Below, one piece after another: positions 1 to 8,829 of a stretch of DNA of 64,000 bases (position 1 is the stretch's first letter; each line of letters starts with the position of its first letter). The DNA is from Acidimicrobiaceae bacterium (GTDB taxonomy: Bacteria; Actinomycetota; Acidimicrobiia; Acidimicrobiales; Aldehydirespiratoraceae): positions 1,514 to 65,513 of the forward strand of contig VYBO01000138.1 of assembly GCA_009844405.1 (NCBI GenBank). Reading direction: 5' to 3'. Under the pieces are notes generated by a model. The model was not told the origin of the DNA. It saw nothing but the letters and a program-made list of their open reading frames with translations, and ran no database searches. Position numbers and translations under genes: made by a program.

Positions 1-9
1 CCCCGGCGG

Positions 10-948
10 TCATGGGAGGCCGCGGTCCGAGAAGTGAACCGGAGCTCGTGTGGTCGCCCGCTCGGTCAGGCGGCAGAAGGCGCACACACCGGTGTCGGTG
101 GGCGACCCGCACCGCTCGCACGGCGCCAGCCCGGCCCGGTCCCGCTCGACCTCGGCCCGGAAGCGCTCGGAGGCCCTCTCGAGGAAGCCGAAGTAGAAGT
201 CGTGCTTGGCGCCGGGCGACTGGACCTCGATGTCGTTGAGCGCGGCCTTGTAGGCGAGGTGCTTGTTGCCGACCGCCATGGGGCACTCCTCGACGACGTA
301 GTCAATGCCCCGCAGGATGCAGTAGGCCGCGGTCTCCCGCTCGCTCAGCCGGACCAGGGGCTTGACCTTGCGGGGGAAGCCGTCGCGGGCCTCCAGCACG
401 GGCAGCTGCCGGCCCAGGTACTCGGTCTGCCACCTCAGCGTGTTGCCCATCAGGACCGCCGCCTCGTCGTCGAGGTTGTGGCCGGTGGCGAGGGCGTCGT
501 AGCCGCCGCGGCGGGCTGCCTCGTCGAAGAGATGCCGCTTGGACAGACCGCAGGCGGAGCAGGGTGCCCGCTTGGCCGCCCGGGCGCCGCCGGGAACGTC
601 GAAACCGTGGGCTGCCGGCAGGTCGACGGTGTGGAGGGTGAGGCCCCAGCTCTCCGCGTAGCGGTGGGCGTAGCCGACGGACTCGTCGCTGTAGTCGCCG
701 ATACCCAGGCCCAGGTAGAACCCGTCCGCGGCGTAGCCCAGGCCCACGAGGATGTCCCACAGAGCCAGGCTGTCCTTGCCGCCCGACACGGCCACCAGCA
801 CCCGCTCGCCGGGCTGCAGCATCCCGAAGCGGCGGATGGCCTTGGACACCTGGTCGCGACACAGCCGCAGGAAGTGCTCCCGGCAGAAGTTGGCGTTGTG
901 GCGCCGGATGTCGATCACCGCCGCCCCGCGGCACACCCGGCACTTCAC
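10..948 (-). CDS. TtuA/Ncs6-type PP-loop ATPase (sulfur-carrier-dependent thiolation enzyme)
   Basis: N-terminal zinc finger CRVCRG...FCREHF, PP-loop SGGKDS, C-terminal CERCGS...CAFC finger. GTG start at 948 overlaps the stop of the upstream ThiS-like ORF (GTGA). The track ORF runs to 1071, but that part overlaps the carrier gene. Confidence 0.75.
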   Translation of the reverse strand: MKCRVCRGAAVIDIRRHNANFCREHFLRLCRDQVSKAIRRFGMLQPGERVLVAVSGGKDSLALWDILVGLGYAADGFYLGLGIGDYSDESVGYAHRYAESWGLTLHTVDLPAAHGFDVPGGARAAKRAPCSACGLSKRHLFDEAARRGGYDALATGHNLDDEAAVLMGNTLRWQTEYLGRQLPVLEARDGFPRKVKPLVRLSERETAAYCILRGIDYVVEECPMAVGNKHLAYKAALNDIEVQSPGAKHDFYFGFLERASERFRAEVERDRAGLAPCERCGSPTDTGVCAFCRLTERATTRAPVHFSDRGLP

Positions 949-1181
949 CGCGACGCCGCCCTCGTCGCCGCCCGGCGCTTCACCCGCGACCCGCCCGATA
1001 TCACGCTGCGGATCTCCACCTCGGCCCCCGCCGCGAGCGTCCGGTCGCCCGCGACCAGCTCGCCGTCGCATATCACCAGATGAGACTCCCGGTTCAGCTC
1101 CAGGCGTTGCAGCAGAGTGTGCACCGTCATCGGACCCTCGACGTCGATCTCCCTGGTCGGGTTGCGCAGCACGACTCGCAT
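945..1181 (-). CDS. ThiS/MoaD-family ubiquitin-like sulfur carrier (TtuB-like) with 14-aa extension after the Gly-Gly
   Basis: 78 aa. Typical ThiS end ...[13 protein letters not shown], followed by [14 protein letters not shown]. Translationally coupled to the PP-loop ATPase. Confidence 0.65.
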   Translation of the reverse strand: MRVVLRNPTREIDVEGPMTVHTLLQRLELNRESHLVICDGELVAGDRTLAAGAEVEIRSVISGGSRVKRRAATRAASR

Positions 1182-1210
1182 CGGACCAGTCTGGCTCGGC
1201 CTGTGGCGGC

Positions 1211-1438
1211 TCAGCCGCGGTCCCTCTTCAAGTGCCGGATCTCGATGCCGGCACCCGGCTCGAGCCGTTCCTCCAGCACGGTCGTGGGCTCGCGAGGTCC
1301 GATCGTCCGGCGCGCCAGCTTGAACGCGCCCTGCGCGACGAATGCCGCGAACCAGAGCCGGGAGCTGCCGAGCAGGCCGCGTCGCACAGCCTGGCGTGTG
1401 ATCCAGGCTCCGGCTGCCTTGCCGCCGACCAGCCCCAT
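1211..1438 (-). CDS. small hypothetical protein
   Basis: 75-aa ORF, last gene of a three-gene same-strand cluster. No recognisable motif. Confidence 0.35.
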   Translation of the reverse strand: MGLVGGKAAGAWITRQAVRRGLLGSSRLWFAAFVAQGAFKLARRTIGPREPTTVLEERLEPGAGIEIRHLKRDRG

Positions 1439-1440
1439 GC

Positions 1441-1653
1441 TCAGACCCGCCTCACCTCGACGACAGTCCTGCGAAGCCGGCCGGCCCTTCTCCCGAGCAG
1501 GTAGGCGAGGCCGATCAAGACGCTGGCGGCCGCGGCCGCTCCGTACGCGACCTTGACGAGAAGCGGCTGGGTGTCCCGGTCGATGTCGGCTTGCAGGTCG
1601 CGCAGGGCGTCCACCAGCGAATCACGGGTGATCCGGTCCGATTCCGCGGTCAC
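1441..1653 (-). CDS. small membrane-anchored protein (one C-terminal TM helix)
   Basis: GTG at 1653 overlaps the stop of the upstream gene (1650-1652). Charged helical N-terminus, then [19 protein letters not shown]. Confidence 0.45.
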   Translation of the reverse strand: MTAESDRITRDSLVDALRDLQADIDRDTQPLLVKVAYGAAAAASVLIGLAYLLGRRAGRLRRTVVEVRRV

Positions 1654-1949
1654 TGGAGGCCTCGCTTGCCGACCTGGCGCAACAGCAGGGCGATGACCGC
1701 GGCGAGCGCGCCGATCGCGATCAGGTAGGGGATCCACGACCAGTTCCCGTCGAAGGCGCCTCGCGTCTCGGTCTGCAGGGCCCGCAGCAACGAGAGCAGC
1801 AGCAGGATCACACCCACGACCAGCGCGACGCTCCCGGCAAGACCCATCGACACCCACCGCCCGGCTCCCCGCAGCGGGCCGAGCAACTCTTGGCGCACGT
1901 AGGCCTTGATCAGGTCCACGACTTCTGCGACGCCCTGCCTGCGTGCCAT
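1650..1949 (-). CDS. holin-X-like (Phage_holin_3_6-type) two-TM membrane protein
   Basis: 99 aa with two hydrophobic helices (LAGSVALVVGVILLLLSLL and IPYLIAIGALAAVIALLL). This architecture is typical of the actinobacterial holin-X family. Confidence 0.5.
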   Translation of the reverse strand: MARRQGVAEVVDLIKAYVRQELLGPLRGAGRWVSMGLAGSVALVVGVILLLLSLLRALQTETRGAFDGNWSWIPYLIAIGALAAVIALLLRQVGKRGLQ

Positions 1950-2043
1950 CGGGGTTCCTCCGCCTCTCGGGGCTTCTCACGCTACCGGTTCGGCGGTCGT
2001 GTCTCACGGGGCCCGTACGATGCTCGTGACTCAGGGACGGCTG

Positions 2044-3129
2044 ATGGCAGATACCAATCGCACTGAGGTGCCGACGGCATGGCTCACCAGGGCCGGCAGA
2101 CATGGTGAGCGCGAGGATTTCGTTCTTGAACACGGCCTTGCGGGCACCGGCTGGGCCGACCTTCCTGATCTGTCGGGGATCTCCAGCCGTGGAGAGATGA
2201 AGGACATGATTCGCCGGCTGCTCCCTGGCAGGAGCAAGATGAGCGTGGCCAACTACTCAGGCCAACTGTGGGCGCTGCGAGCACATGTGAGCATCGGCGA
2301 CCTGGTCGTGCTGCCTCGCAAGAAGACACGTCAGATTGCAATCGGCGTGGTGACCCGGGAGTACTGGTACCGGGACGATCCGGACCCGGGCAGGCGTCAC
2401 GTGGCATCGGTGGACTGGAAGCGCACCGACGTGCCCTGGGAGGCCGCCCACGAGGATCTCCGGAACTCACTGAGTTCGCTGCGAACCATTTGCGCGGTCA
2501 AGTGTGACGACGGGGCACAACGCCTCCGCGATCTGATGACGACGGGCCGAGATCCGGGTACACCGAATCGTCCTGGGGCCATGACACCGAACGATCGCAT
2601 GACGCCGTCGGAGCTTCACGCTGAGTTCCTGGCTGCGCTCAGCGACCTGGTTGTCGAGTCTTCAGACCTTGGGGTCAAGCCGCTGGAACTCAAGATGGAG
2701 GGTTCACTCCCCTTGCGGGCTCGCGTGTACATGTACAACGCGACCCGTCCTCCTGGAGGCCGTCCTGCTGGCGAGTACAAGATCCAGCTCATCGTGCCGA
2801 ATCACGAGCGAGGACGGCGAGGCAACTTCGATCTCGCGGACGGCCGGATTGTGCTCCTCGTGGGCTACGCAGCTGACGACGCCGTGTTTGTCCTCTGGGA
2901 CGCCGGTGCCTACCGAGACTTTGCCTATTCCCGGAACTTACAGGTCAAGTCCGAGACGATCCTGGCCGCCTTCGCCCGCGGGATCGGCCTGCAAGAGCGG
3001 AGGCTGCGACCGGGGGGAGGGATGATGGTGCGCGAGACAGTCGTGGCAGCGACCGGAGAACATCTCGCAGAAGCGATCGCCCTGCGAGTCGATCTGTCCC
3101 GCAAGCGTCTCCTGGGCGAACTGAACTGA
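2044..3129 (+). CDS. two-domain protein: Mrr-type N-terminal sensor domain (COG4127-like) plus uncharacterised domain X shared with the 7816-8802 product
   Basis: N-terminus WLTRAGRHGEREDFVLEHGLAGTGWADLPDLSG...GQLWALRAHVSIGDLVVLPRK.TRQIAIGVV..EYWY matches the pattern I recall at N-termini of Mrr-cat restriction proteins. The C-terminal 150 aa (RVYMYNATRPPGGRP.GEYKIQL...VLLVGYA.DDAVFVLWDA...DFAYSRNLQV) is paralogous to the 7816-8802 product. No catalytic motif seen. ATG at 2044 chosen; 2020 is also possible. Confidence 0.65.
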   Translation: MADTNRTEVPTAWLTRAGRHGEREDFVLEHGLAGTGWADLPDLSGISSRGEMKDMIRRLLPGRSKMSVANYSGQLWALRAHVSIGDLVVLPRKKTRQIAIGVVTREYWYRDDPDPGRRHVASVDWKRTDVPWEAAHEDLRNSLSSLRTICAVKCDDGAQRLRDLMTTGRDPGTPNRPGAMTPNDRMTPSELHAEFLAALSDLVVESSDLGVKPLELKMEGSLPLRARVYMYNATRPPGGRPAGEYKIQLIVPNHERGRRGNFDLADGRIVLLVGYAADDAVFVLWDAGAYRDFAYSRNLQVKSETILAAFARGIGLQERRLRPGGGMMVRETVVAATGEHLAEAIALRVDLSRKRLLGELN

Positions 3130-3130
3130 G

Positions 3131-5254
3131 ATGAGCAGCCTGCGCGATGTCATGTTGAAGCTCTCGTACCACAAGGGCGAGGACGACATCGCAGCCGACT
3201 TCTACCTGCCGTGCATGCGTCGCTCCCACCGCTACGACCGAGCGGTCGGGTTCTTCAGCAGCAGCGTGTTTGTGCTCGCGTGGCCAAGTCTGCGGGAATT
3301 CGCCGCTTCCGGCGGTCGGATGAGGCTCGTCTGTTCGCCTGCTCTTTCGAGTGACGACATCGACGCGTTGAACGTCGGCTACAGCCCCTCTGGAGCCGAG
3401 CAGTTCTCGACTGACGCTCGCGAGGAACTGCAGCGACTCCTAGCCTCGCCCGTACTTCAGAAGCCGACGAAGGTTCTCGCGAGCCTCGTCGCTGGTGGCG
3501 TAATCGATCTCCGCATTGCCTGGATTGAGCCGCAGACCGCGGGTCGTAGCCGAAGGATCTTCCACGACAAGGTCGGGATCTTCTCCGATGTCGACGAACA
3601 GCAGGTGGTGTTCAAAGGATCCATGAACGAGACCTGGCTCGGACTCTCAGCCGACGGCAACCTTGAGTCGATCGATGTCTTCGCGTCCTGGCGGAACGAG
3701 GAGAACGAGCGACGCGTGGCCGATGAAGTCGAGTACTTCGACAACCTCTGGCACGATCAGCAGCCGGGTGTCACCGTGACGCCGTTCCCAGAAGTTGTCC
3801 AGCAAGAGCTGCTTGAAATCGCCGACGAGTTGCACTGGGAGGACCATGTCGACGAGATCTGTCAGGAAATGGAGACGGACGCCGGTGTCACCGCAGATCA
3901 CAGGCTGGGCACCCGGACTCCCCGCCCACACCAAGTTGCAGCACTCGATGCCTGGGAACAGCGGGGCCGGCGAGGCATCCTCGAACACGCCACGGGCAGC
4001 GGCAAGACCTTCACGGCGCTGTGCGCGATCCATGAGAGCCTGGCACTCGGCGAGGTCCCGCTCGTGCTCGTTCCGAGTGAACTTCTACTCGCCCAGTGGC
4101 AGGACGAACTCACTACAACATTCGAATCTCAGGGGCTCCAGCTGCTGGTGTGTGGTGGGGGGCACCGAGCCTGGGAGGACCAGCGACGGCTCTCGCTTTG
4201 GACTCGCGACGACAGTCTGGCCGAGCCTCGGGCGGTGCTTTCGACCATACAGACCGCAAGTTCAGAGGAGTTCAGGCGGCTCCTTCGCGACGGATCTCAT
4301 CTCTTCGTTGTCGCCGACGAGGTGCACCGAACCGGAAGCCCGACGCACCGCCAAGTGCTGCACTTCTCTTCAGGTCCACGAATGGGGCTCAGCGCGACTC
4401 CCAGGCGGGCAGGCGACCCGGTCGGAACTGCCGCGCTCATGGACTACTTCGACGGGATCGTGCCGCCTCCATTCACACTCCAAGATGCGATCGCGGCAGG
4501 CAGTCTGACGCCCTATTCGTACCGTCCCCACCGGGTGTCGCTTGACGCCGACGAACAGGACGAGTGGGACCGACTCACCGCCGAGATCGGAAGGCATCTC
4601 GCGATCCGTGGCGAGGAGGAGCCGGCCCCAATCGATGACGCGATCCGGCGTCTACTCATTCAGCGTGCGCGCGTCGCCAAGAAGGCCGCCGCGAAGAGCC
4701 CTCTCGCGGCGGAGGTCGTGTCACGGTACTTCGAGCAGGGGCAGCGCTGGCTTGTCTATTGCGAGGACCGAGAACAGCTTCGATCCGTCCGGGGCGCTAT
4801 CGGAGCGATGGGGGTACGGGAGGTCTACGAGTACCACTCCGCGATGGAAGGCGATCCGGAGTCGACGCTCCGCGTCTTCGAGCAATCTGGCGGAGTAGTG
4901 ATCGCCATTCGCTGCCTCGATGAGGGTGTGGACATCCCGGCCACGACCCACGCCCTCATCCTGGCGTCCTCGCGCAACCCGAGAGAGTTCATCCAACGGC
5001 GTGGCCGCGTTCTTCGCACCGCACCCGGGAAGTCGATTGCGCACATCCACGACGCCATCGTCCTCCCTTCAGGCCTCGGCCAAGACGTGCCAGTAGGTTC
5101 GATGGTGAAGGGTGAACTGGCTCGAGCGATCGAGTTCGGCCAGCACGCCGTCAACCCGGATGGGGTAGTCGAACTGAAGACGATCGCGGTTGACTACGGT
5201 CTCGACTGGAAGGCTCTAGTAGAAGAAGGATTCGAGATTGACGAAGACGAATGA
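3131..5254 (+). CDS. PLD-family (HKD) nuclease domain fused to SF2 DEAD/DEAH-type helicase
   Basis: HKD motif IFHDKVGIFSD...FKGSMNET. Helicase motif I ATGSGKT, motif II ADEVH, motif III LSATP, motif VI QRRGRVLR. ATG lies 1 nt after the upstream stop. Confidence 0.85.
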   Translation: MSSLRDVMLKLSYHKGEDDIAADFYLPCMRRSHRYDRAVGFFSSSVFVLAWPSLREFAASGGRMRLVCSPALSSDDIDALNVGYSPSGAEQFSTDAREELQRLLASPVLQKPTKVLASLVAGGVIDLRIAWIEPQTAGRSRRIFHDKVGIFSDVDEQQVVFKGSMNETWLGLSADGNLESIDVFASWRNEENERRVADEVEYFDNLWHDQQPGVTVTPFPEVVQQELLEIADELHWEDHVDEICQEMETDAGVTADHRLGTRTPRPHQVAALDAWEQRGRRGILEHATGSGKTFTALCAIHESLALGEVPLVLVPSELLLAQWQDELTTTFESQGLQLLVCGGGHRAWEDQRRLSLWTRDDSLAEPRAVLSTIQTASSEEFRRLLRDGSHLFVVADEVHRTGSPTHRQVLHFSSGPRMGLSATPRRAGDPVGTAALMDYFDGIVPPPFTLQDAIAAGSLTPYSYRPHRVSLDADEQDEWDRLTAEIGRHLAIRGEEEPAPIDDAIRRLLIQRARVAKKAAAKSPLAAEVVSRYFEQGQRWLVYCEDREQLRSVRGAIGAMGVREVYEYHSAMEGDPESTLRVFEQSGGVVIAIRCLDEGVDIPATTHALILASSRNPREFIQRRGRVLRTAPGKSIAHIHDAIVLPSGLGQDVPVGSMVKGELARAIEFGQHAVNPDGVVELKTIAVDYGLDWKALVEEGFEIDEDE

Positions 5255-5438
5255 GCAGTTCGAGTCGCTGCTGGAGACCCTCCTGTCAGTTCGCGGCTCC
5301 CTGCACCAAGACATACCGGAATCCCTTCTTCGCGAGATCGTCTCCGCCCACGTGGAGGAACCCGACAACACGAGGATCCATCAACGAGTTCAGCAAGCGA
5401 TCGAGAACAGAATGGGCGAGGCCGATGCTTCGGATTGA
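5238..5438 (+). CDS. small acidic hypothetical protein (66 aa)
   Basis: TTG start overlaps the helicase 3' end by 17 nt, and the ORF overlaps the ATPase start by 14 nt. The alternative frame (the track 5251 ORF N-terminus) looks non-coding. Helical, acidic composition. Confidence 0.45.
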   Translation: MTKTNEQFESLLETLLSVRGSLHQDIPESLLREIVSAHVEEPDNTRIHQRVQQAIENRMGEADASD

Positions 5439-7386
5439 TCGAGTCGAACTCGAAGACTTCGGACCCTTCAAGGGCCGCCAAGCGATCAACTTGCCCGAGG
5501 CGCCAGGCGTGGCCGTGGTCTACGGCGAGAACATGCGGGGCAAGACCGTCCTGCTCAACGCGATTCGCTTCGCGCTCTTCGGCAAGGTGCTCGGTCGAGC
5601 CCGTCGCGAGGGCTCGCTCCATACCATCGGCAACTGGGAGCAGGCCGCCGCGGGCCAGTACGGATTCGAGGTGGTCCTGCAGTTTCAGGACGAAGGAAGC
5701 CAGTACAGACTCACGCGATCCTGTCGGCCGCGCTCGGGAGTCGTGCCTGAGCAGCACAGCGACTACGACGTCAAACATTTCCTTCAGCGCGACGGGGAGG
5801 TGCTCGGCCCTGGTCAGGCCATCGCTGAGATCGAGCGAATCATGCCGGAGAAGATCGCTCGGTTCTTCCTGTTCGACGGAGAACTCCTGCAGGAGTACGA
5901 GGATCTCCTGCGCAACGAGAGCGACATGGGACGCCAGATCAGCGAATCGATCGAACAAATCCTCGGAGTTCCAGTGCTCACGCGTTCACGGGCGACGCTT
6001 GCCAAGCTGCTCGACGACTATGGAAAGAAGGAGGCAAAGAGCGCTCAGGCCAACACGATCACGAGCGAACTCGGAACCCAGATGAACGTCCTGCTCGACC
6101 AACGCCAAGTTCTTCAGGACGGACTTGACGACATGGAGGTGAGCCTCGCTCAGTTGCGTGAGGACAAGGCAGACCTGGACGAGCAGCTCCGCCGCAACGA
6201 GCGCCTCACAGCGATGATGGACAAGCGCGACATGCTCCTTGACGCCATCGAGTCGCTCGATGAACAGATCGAGGCTCGTCAAGCCGAAATCGCCATCGAA
6301 ATGCGAGTGGCGTGGAAGTCACTCGTCGCCGCTCGTGCATCTGACCTAACCGGAGGCCTGCGAGATCGAGAACGACGCTTACAGCTCCAGAAGATGCGAC
6401 ACGAAGTCCTACGGGCTTCGGCTGATCGAGGCGTAGGCCCCGACAAGTGCCCGACATGCTTCCAAGTGCTCAGCGACGAAGTGCTCGCGCAGATGGAGGA
6501 GGCTGCTGCCGGCGAAGCGGCCAAGATCGAAGATATCGAGCGACAGTTGCGCGACATCCAGCGACGCCTGGACGCCCTGGAGGACGCTGCCCGAGTTTCA
6601 AGTGAGACCGGTCTACGGATGCTCTGGAGCGACCTTGACCGCCTCAAGAGAGACCGGTACACCAATGAAGACGAAGCTTCAGAACTCGATCGTCGGCTGC
6701 AGGAAGCAGGGGACGACCAAGGCGCCGTTCGTCAAGCGCAGTACGAACAGGAGCAGACCGTCAAGAAGATCGCCCTGCTGGAGGAGGGGATTGGAGAACA
6801 AGAGGACGCGCTCGCCGAGAACGAGCGCGATCTGGAGAGAGTCCGAGCACGTCTGGCGTCCAGCGGTGGAGCGGACGTCGAAGGTGCCCGGCAACGGCGG
6901 CGTTTGTGCGCCGAATTGCATGGGTTGTTTGACCAAGCAGTCGCCAGGTACCGCGACCGACTCCGTCGAAGCGTTGAAGCCGACGCCACCGAACTCTTCT
7001 TGCAGCTCACGACCGAGCCAGAGTACGCGGGATTGCGGATCAACGAGAGTTACGGGCTCACAATCCTCCACCAGGACGGTTCCGAGATACCGGTGCGCTC
7101 CGCTGGCGCAGAGCACGTCGTAGCCCTGTCCCTCGTAGGCGCTTTGCAGAAGAACGCCCCCCTGCGAGGCCCGATCTTCATCGACTCACCATTCGGACGG
7201 CTCGACACCCAGCACACTAGGAATGTCATCTCCGCCCTGCCCAGCATGACGGAGCAGGTGTGCCTCCTCGTGTACGAGGAGGAGCTGCGACCGCAGCTTG
7301 CTCGGGAGCTGCTTAGGGGACAGCTACATGCCGAGTACTCCCTACGTCGGGTTTCCGCCCGTCACACTGAACTCGAAGAGAGATAG
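5425..7386 (+). CDS. DndD-like SMC/ABC ATPase (AAA_23 type) with coiled coil and CxxC hook
   Basis: N-terminus MLRIDRVELEDFGPFKG...VVYGENMRGKTVLLNAIRFALFG (Walker A). Long coiled coil with CPTCFQ. C-terminal IFIDSPFGRLD Walker B/D-loop, as in DndD and Rad50-like proteins. Confidence 0.8.
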   Translation: MLRIDRVELEDFGPFKGRQAINLPEAPGVAVVYGENMRGKTVLLNAIRFALFGKVLGRARREGSLHTIGNWEQAAAGQYGFEVVLQFQDEGSQYRLTRSCRPRSGVVPEQHSDYDVKHFLQRDGEVLGPGQAIAEIERIMPEKIARFFLFDGELLQEYEDLLRNESDMGRQISESIEQILGVPVLTRSRATLAKLLDDYGKKEAKSAQANTITSELGTQMNVLLDQRQVLQDGLDDMEVSLAQLREDKADLDEQLRRNERLTAMMDKRDMLLDAIESLDEQIEARQAEIAIEMRVAWKSLVAARASDLTGGLRDRERRLQLQKMRHEVLRASADRGVGPDKCPTCFQVLSDEVLAQMEEAAAGEAAKIEDIERQLRDIQRRLDALEDAARVSSETGLRMLWSDLDRLKRDRYTNEDEASELDRRLQEAGDDQGAVRQAQYEQEQTVKKIALLEEGIGEQEDALAENERDLERVRARLASSGGADVEGARQRRRLCAELHGLFDQAVARYRDRLRRSVEADATELFLQLTTEPEYAGLRINESYGLTILHQDGSEIPVRSAGAEHVVALSLVGALQKNAPLRGPIFIDSPFGRLDTQHTRNVISALPSMTEQVCLLVYEEELRPQLARELLRGQLHAEYSLRRVSARHTELEER

Positions 7387-7394
7387 GGGGCGTC

Positions 7395-7781
7395 ATGGCT
7401 GAAGACAAACGAACGATCGGGGTGACCGAGGCCGCAGACGGTGTTCTCGCCGTGATGGTCGAGCAAGGGCATTTCTCCGACGCCATCGACGCTGCCAAGT
7501 TCGCGATGGCCCTCGCGATCAACTCGCGGGGGCACGCGGAGGACCTCACGGTCGAGGGCACCACCACGAAGTGGAACGTCGGCAGCTTCGATCCGGACAG
7601 CCAACTCCGCTCACTCCTCGACGCCCTCTATCCGGATGTCGATCAGCCGTACCGGCTGCTTGAGTTCTTGATCGATGACGGGCTCCATCGTGTAAGCGAA
7701 CACATGGAGTCGGTAGGCGAGCTCGATGTCATCGCGTTGCTCGACGAGGCCGGGACCCGTCCTAGCGCAGCTGCGCCGTAG
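7395..7781 (+). CDS. small protein, possibly DndE-like
   Basis: 128 aa, 8 nt downstream of the ATPase. The N-terminal pattern RTIGVTEAADGVL...DAAKFAMALAINS recalls the DndE N-terminus (R.h.s......L..l......n...R.A...SL). Assignment is tentative. Confidence 0.4.
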   Translation: MAEDKRTIGVTEAADGVLAVMVEQGHFSDAIDAAKFAMALAINSRGHAEDLTVEGTTTKWNVGSFDPDSQLRSLLDALYPDVDQPYRLLEFLIDDGLHRVSEHMESVGELDVIALLDEAGTRPSAAAP

Positions 7782-7815
7782 AGGCCCGAAACCAGAGGTA
7801 CAGCGGTTCCACGTA

Positions 7816-8802
7816 TCAGACGCAGGTGTCGAGCAGTTCGTCGAACACGTCCGGCCAAGACAAGGCAACGCCATGAGACTCGCAGAGGTCGGGCCAGTAG
7901 GCCGACGATGGCTCCCGCTCGACGGCCAGCACGGGGTTGTTCTCGAACCCCCAGTCGACGAGATGTGCGTAGCTGAGCACCTGCCCGAGACCCAGCCGTA
8001 GCTGCCGTTCCTCGTTGGTGGGGGTGAGGCTCTTCACCTCTGCGATCCATGCAGCGTCGGCCGCAATCCACCCAACATCGACTAGAGGGTCCGAATCGCT
8101 CGGCGACAGCGGCTGCCATCCGCGCGCTCGGACAGCATCAGCAAGCTGGTTCTGGACCTTCCTGTGCGCGTTCGTTCCTCGATCGATCGCATCCGGATCG
8201 AATCTGAACACGCGCGACGTGGGAGTCGCCGAGCCGCCGGACGAAGGGCGCACATAAGGCTGTCCCTGCGTTGCCGGGACGCCCTTGCCGCGAGATTCTG
8301 CTTCCCCGCTTGAAGCACGCTCCTCGATGGCCTCGACCACCAGCTGACTCGGGGCGCAGATTACGACCTCCATCCCGGTCTTCAATCGACGGTCCTGGCG
8401 CACACGCACACCCGAGGCGGCCGCAGCCTCAACATTGGCCGTTCGGACCTGGAGATTCGTCGAGTAAGCGAAGTCGATGCGCAATGCAGCGTCCCAGAAG
8501 ACGAAGACGTCATGTTCAACGGCGTAGCCGCAGACCAGCACCAGGTCGACCCCTGACCAGTCGAACTCGCCCCGTTCGCCGCGGCGCTGACCGGTGAGTT
8601 GGATCTTGTGCTCCGGGGTCGGTCGGCCGCCAGGAGGGTCCGTCGCGTTGTAGATGTAGACCCGAACACGACTGGGCAGAGGGGGACGGAGTTCCACAAC
8701 GAGTTCGCCGGAGTCATCCGTCCTCGCCGCGATGAGTGCGGTGGGACCAACGGCGGCAACGAATCGGTCGTGAAGCTCCGTAGTCGAGAGCCGATCAGTC
8801 AC
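7816..8802 (-). CDS. domain X plus C-terminal PD-(D/E)xK-type nuclease
   Basis: The N-terminal 150 aa aligns with the 2044-3129 C-terminus at roughly 45% identity by eye. The C-terminus has DPLVDVGW...AAWIAEVKS...QLRLGLGQVLSY, a D...E-x-K restriction-endonuclease-like motif. Confidence 0.7.
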   Translation of the reverse strand: MTDRLSTTELHDRFVAAVGPTALIAARTDDSGELVVELRPPLPSRVRVYIYNATDPPGGRPTPEHKIQLTGQRRGERGEFDWSGVDLVLVCGYAVEHDVFVFWDAALRIDFAYSTNLQVRTANVEAAAASGVRVRQDRRLKTGMEVVICAPSQLVVEAIEERASSGEAESRGKGVPATQGQPYVRPSSGGSATPTSRVFRFDPDAIDRGTNAHRKVQNQLADAVRARGWQPLSPSDSDPLVDVGWIAADAAWIAEVKSLTPTNEERQLRLGLGQVLSYAHLVDWGFENNPVLAVEREPSSAYWPDLCESHGVALSWPDVFDELLDTCV

Positions 8803-8829
8803 GTCACCTTCCTGCGCCCCGCTGGTGGT

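Noticed and set aside
34-1083. 349-aa plus-strand ORF, together with similar long shadow ORFs at 13235-15307, 19334-21307, 21162-23000, 33496-35238, 42736-45100 and 45898-47415
   Set aside because: All overlap genes with clear family motifs on the other strand or frame, and all have non-protein-like, repetitive Arg/Gly/Pro/Ala composition.
1211-1949. Holin-like cluster as a prophage lysis cassette adjoining the defence locus
   Set aside because: There is no endolysin or other phage gene nearby. This three-gene small-membrane-protein cluster has core-genome G+C and the typical actinobacterial holin-X/DUF-type arrangement.
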